Shown: positions 12,465-24,400 of the stretch, in pieces
Layout of the letters: every line of letters starts with the position of its first letter
Position numbering within the stretch: the first letter of the stretch is position 1
Translations under genes and position numbers: made by a program
NCBI GenBank assembly: GCA_002633005.1
Contig: NMRA01000179.1
Span: 581,247-645,246 of the forward strand
Direction of reading: 5' to 3'
Source of the DNA: Phoronis australis
Lineage: Eukaryota; Animalia; Phoronida
DNA length: 64,000 nucleotides
The notes under the pieces: generated by a model
Seen by the model: only the letters and a program-made list of their open reading frames with translations
Database searches by the model: none
What the model was told of the DNA's origin: nothing

Positions 12465-12710
12465 CGCCAACTAAACCATATACCACCAAACTGAGCTCAG
12501 CATCTGAAGTAGTGGGCGTTAGACACAGGTATGACTTTGGATAACAGTTTTTTGACGATACATCAAATGCATATGCTACACAATCGTCTGCTGCGTTACA
12601 TCGCCTGGCGCATTCCTCGACATCGGATACGACTCCATGCATTCCACTGATATCGTTGTTGAGACAGTCACCATTTCTACCCTTGTAACCCGGAATATCA
12701 ACCAGTTCAG
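12465..12710 (-). CDS. Mosaic lectin-like gene, exon 3: PAN/apple domain
   Basis: Acceptor tttatttcctgtacttgtag|, donor G|GTATGT, 246 nt, phase 1-1. GDCLNNDISG...VEECARRCNAADDCVAYAFDVSSKNCYPKS is a typical PAN/apple motif. Confidence 0.9.
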
Positions 12711-13529
12711 CTACAAGTACAGGAAATAAATGTGTTATTTTACTAGGAAACTTACAGAGTACAGAGAATATCCAACACTTTAAGAAATTTATTGTAGCTA
12801 ATTAAACATATCACGAGAAGGAACCATCTATAATCTCAACTCACTTCTATTAGTCATCATGCTATTGGGAATTTTCGCAAACAACCTCTCCCCAAATATG
12901 GTCCCACAGAAATTATCTGAATAGACGCTTCTAAGCCGGCTTGTTCGATGCTTTCAGAGCCAAAATCAAATATTTCTACGACACATGAAGGCACTGATAG
13001 GGCGTAAAATGTAACAATTTCGTAAAATGTAAGAACTGTTACATTTTACTTCATTGTTACATTTATGTTGCTTAACCTCTCCTAAGATGTAACAAGTCGT
13101 TACATTTTACGTAGATGTTACGTTTCACGTCGAACGCACATTCGAGAAATGTACCATTGTTACATTTTACGAAACCCACGTCATATTGCAAAGAAAATGA
13201 CCAAAATCACGGACAAGTGATATCTGACACGGCCGGGGGGTACAGGAGTATTTTTAGATGAGGAGTGCCGCACGAAAAATTTAAATACCGACCCAGAGTG
13301 GGCTCGACAATAAAGTGACCCATTTAATAGAGAGTAATTTGTGTAAAAATTCACATTTACGCACACTTCTGATATAGTTTATCGGAAATGGCAGCATTTT
13401 GGAGAGTATATTTTCTGTGAATAAACACCCTTTTGGGCTGTACTTTTCGTATACATCTTCTATAGGAATAAGACGGGCTGACACGACATGAATTTGGCTA
13501 CCTATTATCATTTTTATTAGTATCACATT

Positions 13530-13642
13530 ACCATCACTACTGTTACTGCTATTAATGCTGTTACTGCTATCACTAGCAGTACTCGTTATCGTTTCGTTTT
13601 CGTTATCGTTATTATTATTATTACTATTATTATTATTATTAA
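13530..13642. repeat. (ACT)n/(ATT)n low-complexity microsatellite
   Basis: Direct inspection; it explains the poly-N/S ORF at 13281-13670. Confidence 0.85.
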
Positions 13643-14355
13643 TATTTTTAAATTTATTTAGTGAGGACACAATACATGTTTAGCAAAGTCCCGATTACAT
13701 CATGGTTCTCAAAGATTTTAAAATCATCTCATTTATCGTTCAATTTTGTCATCGGGCTTTCTATTGTGGGCGGCCAGTGCTGTTCCAAAGGATTTTAAAG
13801 GGGCCCCTATATTCAGCTTTAACGATATTGCGAGGAACGTCTTGTCAGCTGTGGGTGCAGAGTAGGCCTATTTCTTGGCAACGAGGAGGCTGAGCTTTAA
13901 AATCTTGTTTAGGCGTGCACCAACTTCAAAAATTCAATATTTCTGAACTATTGGCAAGCACTTTATTATTTGTAAATATAACTATATTCATCTGTAGTTT
14001 GCAACAAAGAACTGAATTCAGACTGCAATATTGTTTCCGACTGGTTGAAAACATTCCTTGTCAAAGAAGTGGGGATCGTTCCACGACGATGTGTAAGTTC
14101 AAAAATTGCGTTAACTTGAATTCAGGAGGCAGACGTTTTTCGACAACTAACGACTAGTAGGCTCTGGTCACCGGGTCATTAGAATAGTTGGTAACGGACA
14201 TACAAAACACGCAACGATTTTACGTGGAATGGGCCCCCAATATTCTTAGAAAAGCGCAAAGATTTAGCAAAATGACTTGAACTAGGTTTTATTGAAAGTG
14301 GATTGCATGGAACAAAAACCGCCCGAAATCAGTGATGTTTAATACGAGCATTTAA

Positions 14356-15589
14356 GGTTATCTCCAAAATTATTCACAAAAACTGGCCATTTTTACAATA
14401 TTTCACTTGCGCATTACAGCGTTCTGTCGTTCAGTAACATTTCCAGACTTGAGGGGTGCTGAACCTGCGATAACATCTGGCTCTTTTGTTAACTGCCCAG
14501 TTCAGTCTTTTGTCCCGTATGATAACAAGCAGGCCAATAATATCATAGGCTTCAAACGAAACGTATGGTGGTTGCATATGCTATCACCGAAGGAATATTC
14601 AGAACACAGTCAAACCCAATGCGTTGGTAATCCGTTTGGACAGAATAGATTGTCTTAAATTATGTTGTAGTTCAGCGATTTTGGTGATTCAAAAAACGGA
14701 ACATGATCAGCATTTGACGAGGAATTCAGAAATGCTATTGGTTTAAGCTCAAGTGTGTTCTAACTTAACTTTCATTTTTATCAGCCCAGCCCAGTCAGGC
14801 TAGATACGATCTGATCGGAGATTAGAGCAATTATCGAACAAAAGAGTGCAGGCCCTCCAACCATAAATGCCAGAATGGAGTCAATTAGTCGTGTAAGATA
14901 TTGGCTACAGGGGTAAACTTCCCAGCTTGTTGTTGGGCTATAGAATCGACGTTTGCGAGTCAACGTTGAAATAGCTAACATAAATAAGGATTGTATAGGT
15001 TATGTGTACCAAAAACAAGTTTTCACCGAATAATTAACCGAAGACCTTGAGATTTTCACTTGCCCCAGTTTAATCAGCTTTTCTCGGCTTCGGCAAATCG
15101 ACTTTATTTGAACTTAGGAACACTAGTTCTCAAAAACGGCTGGATGGATTTCGTTGAAACTTTCAAAACTCAATATTTAGTCATCAATCTCAAAAAATGA
15201 TGTTAGGATTTTTGATATTAAAGCCTAGTTTTTGCTTAATGTGACAAAGACGAATAAAAACTTCATTTTTTTTACAAAAGTACCTTGTCATAGAAACCAA
15301 ACGAACAAACTAATCGAAAAATCCTAACATCATTTTTGAGGTAACTGGTGAAGTTTTCGTTTAAAAAGAATCGACCGAGGGGTTTGCATTGAATGTACCT
15401 TTCTAAAAATGAAATTTCGATTTCAAAAAGGTTTTTACGTAAAAATACTAATGGCTCATAAATACAAAAGTATATTTATATTTCCTAGTCTTTGTTATTT
15501 CATAAAATGTATACATTTACTAGTTGACAAGCTTAGTTTTTTGATATACGTGTTAGAACGGAGGCCACTAAATAAGATTGGAGATAACC
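14356..15589. mobile_element. Kolobok-like non-autonomous element (TTAA TSD) nested in the 6-bp-TSD element
   Basis: TTAA|GGTTATCTCCAA ... TTGGAGATAACC|TTAA, with an internal inverted pair at about 15190-15218 and 15313-15340. Confidence 0.75.
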
Positions 15590-18500
15590 TTAATGCAATA
15601 CATGTACATCAAAAAGAATTAATATGCCAAATTCCCTTATCTGCGAGTCGCAACACAAAAAGTGGCTCCTCATGAGACACGTGACTTCACGTCCAGTCAG
15701 CTTCTTTGGACTATTGTCCCTTTGCATTATCGAACTTGACCAGGTTTGTGCAAAAGGATCATGTCCTTTCAGAGTGCAAAATATTTTTTATTTCCCTTGC
15801 TAGGCATCCCATTTTTACATATACACGTCACGGTTTCAACTGTTGTTACCACCACTATTTCAGGCTGGTCAGACATCATAGGAACTTTCTTTCAGCGTTA
15901 AAGCTGTATAACACACGTTACTATGCCACCGTTTTTTTACACTATTGGCTCGACGTGCTCAAAGGCGGTATTTTGCTGTTGCTTTGGCAAAGCCTTTCAC
16001 CCTGCCGGCAAATAAATACGTGCTTTTATTTCCTTCTATCACAATGTGTTTAAGAAATTGTCATTCGTAATTAAGGTGGTAGACAAAACCCATGGGCATC
16101 AACAACTTTGGTTTTGCTCCTTTTGTGTGGAACAGGGCAATTAAGGCATTAGCAATGACTCCAAGGCAATAAAACAATGGCCGAAATAAACTATCGTAGA
16201 CTAAAACTTGTCTTTTTCTATCAAATTGGCTTCCGAAATTGAATTCTCCATAAGAGATTTTGTTATTGGGCTTCCTTTCCCGAAAAAATACGATAAATAT
16301 TAGCCAAATACGATGTCAAAATTGTTCTTACCAAGGGAAGTGTGTTTACCGTAAAGTCGGATACACAGGTGGTTTATGAACGCCAACAACAAATTGCAAG
16401 AATGTTTTAACGATAAAAAACTTGTTACCTGATCCTAAAGTCCTTTAGTATGGAGTTGAAACTGTACGCTGAACATTTTTGACTATACCAAAAAACTACA
16501 TGTACTCTTGTTAAATAACATGGACAGTGCATAGGGACACATTTATCAAGTCGACCTGGCACATTTGACAGAATTTCATTCACACTATCCGAGACAGAAG
16601 GCGTTAAGTGTGTCAACGGTTTTCATCCGTGTGACAAATACCATGTAAACTCATGAAATACATGTATGGCGTGGCTTTCGTAAATTGTAACAATATTACA
16701 TTTCTCGCATGTGCATTCGACTTAAATTGTAACAATTACATAAAATGTAACAACTTGTTACATTTTAGGAGAGGTCTAGACACGTAAAATGTAACAATGA
16801 CATCAAATGCAACAATTGTTACATTTTACGAAATTGTTATATTTCACGGCGTATCAAGGCACTCAGAAAATGAGCAGGGTCAGCGACTGCCAGATAGGGC
16901 AAGGGTTATTTCACATATAGTGCAATCAAAGTCAGAAATTGCGACAAAATTAGTAACTTTTTGATAAATTCATGATAACTAACACTTAAGCATTTGTACA
17001 ATTGCAGAACGGGAGAGTGGGACTAGTTGTAAGGCGGATGAGTGGTAACGCTCGCTTCATCTGAACAAATATCTTCTGCCGCCAAAGACCTTTATCTGAT
17101 CATGCGTAATGACTTCCCAGCCTCTAAAGAAAACATGGAACAGGACAAAGTATTGTTTTATGACCAAAAACGTTATTTGACCACCCAAGTAAAAGTTTAT
17201 CTTCAACAACTTGTTGTTTCTTGTCTGTTGTTTAACTGATGGATTGACTGCGGAGGCATTCCATCACAAACTTTTTTTGTGGGCGTGGCATATAAATTTC
17301 CTTTTCCATACACAATCAGTTGACTCCAAGGTGAGTATAACTTTTTCGAAACAGTGTGTGAGGCAAGATGTAAGACATTAACTGGGGGAAGATGTTGTGA
17401 CCTGGCGAAAGCTGCTAGCTTGCCTTAGTAGCAAATGTATAGAATACAGAAACCGGCACTGCGTCAAAAGATGATGCTAATTATGGAACTTTTAGAGTGC
17501 TAAGGCACGTTTCCAAAATCACGCAAGTACATCTCAACCAAATCCTGCCGAGTCCGTATTCCAGACTATACCGGTTTTCAGAGCTAGGCCTGGCTGGTAT
17601 CAACCTTCCTTTCGTTTATTGGCAGGCTCAGTCCTTTGTCAGCTGTCACGACGCAAAGCCAATTATCTATCCCGTATTTGTTCCGAAAAAGAAGGATTCT
17701 ATATTAATTTTTCACCAGCAGTTCAAGTTCACTTTAAAAGATGCATTTTCTGTCCTTCACATTTCAACCAGTATACATTTGCTCTAAATCCATTGCTAAT
17801 GCAATGTATTGCCCTGTGCAACACGATGGGAGCTTAGATCAACTTTCGTGATATCCAGGACGGCTGGCAACTCCGATTGTCCCGGTTGACCTAATGTTCA
17901 ACTACATGTACACTGAGCAACCCGGTTTCCTAATGAGACGCTTTCACAGTGTTCATATTTTGAGTGTATTGTGATGTAGCCTGCGTGTCCGCTGATTTAC
18001 GTGGTTGGGTTAGAAGATGGACGAGTGTGGAGAAGACACATATAAGATCACCTGCGTCACACGTTATAATAAAATAAGAATCTACAGAACAATCAAAGTA
18101 TTAGTGTATTTTAAGAGTTTCTCAGGAACATTAACCCGGAACACTGATAGTAGTGTTTCATATTTAAGGAATTTTTTCCCTGGGAGTTGTATTAAGAGGG
18201 AGGAGTTATAGTGCATATGGCCCGCGCATACGCATGCGCGTCTTACAGCGATTGCTATAGTTAGTTAGTTAGTCCGTCATCTTTAATACAGTTGTTGATC
18301 GTTGCAGGCGTTTCGATTATAATCAGGATTTGGCTACATAACTACATGTAACTGCAGAGATTGCCTTAAGAGGCACTACACACTACGGAGTGTTGTACCC
18401 GTTTATCATATTGGCTCGCAAATATTTGAGGATAACCGAACGTTCCCTGTCGGGTGGTGATGTCAAAAAGAGGCCGCGTCAAAGTAAAAGAAGTTAAAAT

Positions 18501-20838
18501 TAACCTCACGTGATTTCAACATTCACCTAACTGTGTTACAATGTGTTCCACAAATTAAGGGTATTTTTAAATCTCCAGACTTTGCCATGTATAATACATG
18601 AATTTCACGTGTTTACCGTACGAGGAAACGATGAATATATCGTGATGCTAAATATCAAGTCAAATTCTTTTACAGTTCGAAAATTTCATTTATGTAAACA
18701 TTGCTGGAACTAGCTCACAATATCACAAAATACCGCGCACTGAGGGTTTATATATACAGATGTTAGGCCCTATATATATATGGCAGCAGGAAGTGGAATG
18801 GAGAATTTTGAATTCAATTAGAGCGGTTCAGTTAAGAACCATTTGGGTGATTTGGGCAAAATGGCGCGCCTTCAAATTACTGCCACAGTCATTGCCTGAA
18901 CCGGAATAGTTTGTTTCGATGATTAGACGTGATAGCCGCTGTGTTGACTCCAGTCTTCAAATCACAGCAAGTGTGTATCTTATGACAACAAACCAGGTGC
19001 TTGAATGTGATATTGTACGCCTCTATACTACCACCACTACGCAGTTGGACAATCATATACATGCGACATTGACATACCCGATCGACTTCAACGGTACGCT
19101 GGGTAAACTGGATGACAACATCTGAGTGGTTCTCGATGACGACTTCCGGCATACAAACTAATTAGATGCCTTGGCCTCTTTGGTGGCACTGAATAGCTAG
19201 GCTGCGGCCGCGGCCAATTTGCACTGCCAAAATATTGAAATTTTGGGGTAGGCCAAGTTTGGGGGCATTTTGTAGGTGGGCATTGCACGTAGGCTCAGTG
19301 AATGTGGTTTGTTTGTATTTGTGAACATGCTGTGAATAAAAAGGCCACTTTCTTGGCTGTAGCTGCACTCTTCTTCAAGATGGCGGCCCCAAGCTGCAAT
19401 TGTGCATTGTTGGGTAACGACCGAGAAATTGGCTGTGATTTTAGGAAGCCCTCAAACAAGCAAGAATTGTCAAAAAACTAGTTGGTTGACAGTACTTTTG
19501 GACCACATTTTCGGAATCGGTAGGAAATTTGCTTTCAGACTCTAATGTTCGCTTTAGTCGTGCATCGGTAGGGAAGTGGTGTTTTTCGGGTGAAAAGTGC
19601 CGATTTTGCATTTTTTGCCCTTATTTTTCTTAGTCTAGCTTGGTTTTCAGTGGAAAAAAATGGTCAAAAACACAAGAAAGAATAAAATTTCTGTGCTCAT
19701 CTGCTGGGCTTTTTATGTGAACTAATTGAAAACATGCCATTCTTTGCATCCTGTTTTTGACAGAGTGAAGAAAAGGTTACAAATCAAGTGATGTGTTTTT
19801 TGCTGGGCAAAACCCAGTGAGAACTGTTCTGTGCCTCCTTTACTCGGCGGAAGCAGTGAAGACTATCAGCGCAGATACTTTCACTTTCTTCAAATACACC
19901 ATGTGACTCATATGCACCACTAGAAATTACCTTTACAAACTGGTTTGGTACCAGACCAATGTCCAGTCCACAGACAGGTTCTCGTCAAGCTGTCTGATGT
20001 TGCAAATCCAGGAAAACAGACATATGTCACCTTGTTAGGCGCTGTGAAATCGTTCCCATGTCTCGACGAAAATGAAACGTTACCAGGGTCACCACAATCA
20101 ACTGGAAAATATGACTGAACATTATTGTTAAATGTAAAGGAATGAATATCCAGATGACTCGATCGATGCTGTTTTTACCAACTGACTGGTTTTGGGATTA
20201 ACCCTATGCAAATAAGTCCGGAAAATTGTCCGCGTTAGGTGTTTGTAGTAGCGCCAAATTAATCTAAAAACGCACCGTCGTTATTAAAATAGTATAACCA
20301 ATCAGATAATTGTTCTATGAACAATAATATATACACCTGTAGGTGTCAACAAGCAACACCAAAACGTAATTTCATCCTAATGGAATACTGATGAAGATGG
20401 CCGCAATATTTTCTCTTGGAAATGGCCAGTGACAAAACTGATTGCATTCTAGGTGCATAATTACAACCTGGAGAGCTACCGCGCCAAGTTCTTTGGTAAA
20501 ACACATTCTTGAAAAAAGTCATCCGAATTTTAGAATACAACTTTAATAACTTGGTCCCATATTACAGTTACATTGACTCAAAAGAAAACAACTGCTTGCC
20601 CTTCTTTGTAAGTGTTTTCTGCGCACCAATTACTGCCTGATTTTAACAGTAACTTCGCTAACAACCACGCGCAGTCCTGTCGACCTATGTATGTGCCAAC
20701 ATGAAGTTACTACTGAAGTATTATGGAGGACAAAAATCATAATTTTTGAATCACCGATTCAAACTTCTGTCTCAATATTCGCGGACAAACGCCTAGGTAG
20801 TGCATTCATTTCACGCCATCTACAGTACTTGTACTCAC

Positions 20839-21081
20839 CATTTTTCTGGTACAGCGCGTAGTCAGTGTCTTCAGTTGGGTCTTCGCAAGGCTCTCTCATA
20901 AGAAAACATTCATTGCTTTTCGTGCGCATCATGAATGTATAGCAGGTAAGCAAGTGTCTGCACCTAGACTCACACGTCATGACATCTGTATTCTGAAGAT
21001 GCTCATAGGTGTCGCTTACGGGGCATCGTGAGCACGCACTGACGTATCCTGTCACACGTGTCGGTGTGCAAGTAGAACCAC
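20839..21081 (-). CDS. Mosaic lectin-like gene, exon 2: PAN/apple-like domain
   Basis: Acceptor tttgtttctgtag|, donor G|GTGAGT, 243 nt, phase 1-1. GSTCTPTRVTGYVSACSRCPVSDTYEHLQNTDVMTCESRCRHLLTCYTFMMRTKSNECFLMREPC has the PAN pattern CxxxC-x5-C-x2-F...C-x-L. Confidence 0.85.
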
Positions 21082-21199
21082 CTACAGAAACAAAGTTTTA
21101 AGATGAATAGTTTGGAAAAATTATTATTTCCAAGAAAAAGGTTAAATTTCCTTAAAGGGATTTTTTGCGGCCAAAATGCAATAATCGGTGTATTGTTGA

Positions 21200-21420
21200 A
21201 TATCGGGTTGAGATAATTAAGTCGGAATCTCGAGGTCATGAGATCCCGAGATAATCAAGCCGGGATCTCGGGATCCCGAGATAATTAAGTCGGTATCAAT
21301 CTCGATATCCTCAGATAAATATGTCGGGATCTCAATATTATGAGTTCCTGAAATAATTAAGTTGGGGTCTCGGCATCCAGAGAGAAATAAGTCGGGATCA
21401 AAAGCTTCCGAGATAAATAA
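21200..21420. repeat. Degenerate ~30-bp minisatellite with palindromic core
   Basis: About 7 units of gagataattaagtcgggatctcgggatccc; ATCTCGGGATCCCGAGAT is a perfect palindrome. Confidence 0.75.
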
Positions 21421-24400
21421 AAATAAGACGCACGATGGCATCTTTGCCAGGCCACCGCCAGACATTCGACATCATGTTCGGTGTCTTAAAAGATGGCTAG
21501 TAAAAATAATGCAGTAGTTTACCGATTCTAACATACAAATTATACTTATTTATTCGAGTTGCGCGCCAAACAAAAGCTGATTCTTATCTATTATCAACAC
21601 ATCAAATCCTGACACTTGTTGACATGTATTTTAACGTCAAACTCTATTTTAGATGATGTTTACTGCTTTGGTTCTGGGGTCAAAGCACTGTAAAGATTCT
21701 AGAAATTTCTGAGAGCAAATCGTAGCATCCAAAGATGTGATTAAATAAGATCATGTGTTTTTATTAGACAATCGCTATTATAATTTGGGCTGAATTTAGC
21801 AGGATATTCCGATGAGCAATAGTAGTTGAAGGTTAAAGACTTGCTACAGTGTACAGAGGAAATTGTATAACAGAGCTATCTCGTACAAGATTCTAAAGAG
21901 GATATTGGCAAGGACAAGGGTTAACGAAGAGGAAGTTAACTAAGAGCTTGTCATGTGCATCGTGGGTAGTAAGGTACTACCAATACGTGTTGCGTCACGA
22001 AGTACTGTAACAAGCGAGAGGAATCGTAAGTAGAAGATACTGCCTACAAGTGTTACGTTACCAGAGACTGTGAGCAGCAAGTGGAATAGTGGGTAGAAGA
22101 AACTGCCTGCAGGTGTTCCGTTATTGGGACATGGCGGCAACGGCATTGAAATCACCTCGAGAACTCACTGGGAAAATTATTTGTCTGTTAAGTTCAGAAA
22201 AAATTCAATCGAGTTTTGTTGTCTGTAATCATTACTAGCTATATGGACTCTCATTATCTGTATTGACTTTAGCTATCGTGACCTAACCTTCGCCCTACAA
22301 CGCAAACGTTGATTTGTTTTGGGGAAATGCGACAACATCAGTTCAGGAAGTTGAATAAACTTTGCTACCTCTTAAATAATATGAAAGCTTGTTTCTAATT
22401 ATTTTCTTTACAAAATTATCGACGTCTTGTTTTCGGTTGATTTCTTCAAACGCTAACAGAAATTTCAAAGCCTTGTTACTTGAAGAAAGTACCACCGTTC
22501 CAACTGCCCACTGTAGATACAGTAGTTGTCCTATAGGCCCCCCATATGCCAGAAGCTTTATGACAAATTATGCCACACTGATTAAGCCATCAACTTGCTG
22601 TCGCGCATAAAGGGATTCATGTACATGTACAGTACATGTACCTTAGGAGGTCGTTGATGTCTAACTCTTCCCACACTGAACAAATACTCTGGTATTGAGA
22701 TTTTTTTTCTAACTGTCCTTCAAAGAAGTAAAAAAAGTCATGAACTGAATATTTCTGGGTCTGACCCATATCGGTTTTGATACCATGACTGATAAAGCAT
22801 TTTGAAATCACATCGAGGTCGACCTCTGTGACGGAGAAAACGAAGCAGTAACGCACTACAATAGTGATCCACCAGGGTTCGCTAGCGCTTGAAACTATAT
22901 TAACTTTGAATTTAGACCACTTACCGTTGAGAAATTGGTCTCAAGTATTTCCTTGTGTGATTTATCTGGGTGATCTATTGCCTTTGAAATGGTGAGATTT
23001 CGTAATCGTTCGGCTGACGGTCAGCCTCCAGAAGTTTACTGATCACGGCGAATCTACGCAAGTTCTCAAGCAATAACGAGTCCAAAAACCGCCACTCGTG
23101 TGAGTTAGGAACTAGTTGAGGCCAGTTCCAGGGCGCTGAATGGTCAAAATAGTAACTTTGGCTTCCTTGGAAATAACGATTTTAAAATTGCGCATTAATT
23201 TTCGTGTAATTTGTCCATACATTTGGTGATATGGTCCAGTTGTTTGCTGTACTATGTTGTTAACAAAAACTATGATAAAGTACGTATTGTGAGGCAAATA
23301 GTTAAAAAGGTATATGTAGGTCAAAAGCGGACCTCCATTCTGGATGTTTAGTTTTAGTTGACTTTTACCAGATATGTTCATCTCAAATCAAAAAAGCAGG
23401 CCAAAGAAATATATCAACTTAACAGATAAATTCAAGTCCGACTTTCTACGTTCCTTGCCCACATTGAAGTACATGTAAATACTAACACGTTTGGCACAAT
23501 TTTGATGATCACTGTGGTTTTAAAATCAAACAATCTGTTTGATTTCTCCAATGAATAAAACGGTTACAATTGGGCGAGCACAATTAGTTTCGTCATTGAG
23601 GTATTAAATATGTCGCTGATATTGTGTACATATACGTGCACATGTATTGCAAAGGCCAACTAAAGCAATTTTCTCATTAAAAAATACGTTAACACATCGC
23701 TTGTATATTTGCTATATTGTTTATGTCAGTATATCATTGGCTTTCATTTACTGTAAACGAGGAACGAGTAATCAGTGACCCCACAAAAACCAAATCCGTA
23801 TTCGTTTGTCAAAGTTCATTTTGTTGGATGAAAAAAAACCTGTTTGGCAAAAATCAAAATTTTGAGGAGACTGGTAAAATGGTAGCGATTTAATTCCACA
23901 CAGTTCAAAGCAACGCCATCCAGGTGAAAATCACTCCACGCGTAGGAACACGTGTAAAGAGCAAGGCTCCACGTGACTGTTCCATTTGGCAAATTTTACG
24001 CTAAAAGAATTTGCACACAAGTGGGCGAGTTTTTCCCCCAAAGTATCTAGCGCAGTCCTTGATGACGCCATCACGGATTGAAGTGAGCTAGTCGCTATTC
24101 ACTGGATGAGATACATGTACGTCCATTTGTGGTCGTAAACCAACACGCCTGTTTAGCGTACGAGTTTCAAAGTTAAAACACGAACAAAAAGTAAGGCAAA
24201 CGACCAATATGAACGATTTAAAATTAAAAATAAATAGTAACTGTCCTTGAAATTTTAAAATCGATGCATTTTAAGAGAAATTGGCGAAATGGTTTTCTTC
24301 ACAATTGCAACTTAGTCACGAGCGTGAATTTGTCAATCGTTTAGGACGTGTTAATCTGTAGGTGGGTAATAAAACCCCAAATGCTAACTAAACGTAGAAA

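Larger units (their letters stand above)
12995..16856. mobile_element. Non-autonomous DNA transposon with ~190-bp TIRs, TG...CA ends and 6-bp TSD
   Basis: Inverted ends TGATAGGGCGTAAAATGTAACAATTTCGTAAAATG... and ...CATTTTACGAAATTGTTATATTTCACGGCGTATCA. AGGCAC flanks both sides (12989-12994, 16857-16862). No transposase ORF. Confidence 0.85.

Noticed and set aside
13281-13670. 129-aa Asn/Ser-rich ORF
   Set aside because: It is a translation of a microsatellite inside a transposon.
18919-19125. 68-aa ORF with a superficially endonuclease-like TT..QLD.I..IDFN stretch
   Set aside because: The similarity is too weak to assign without a profile search.
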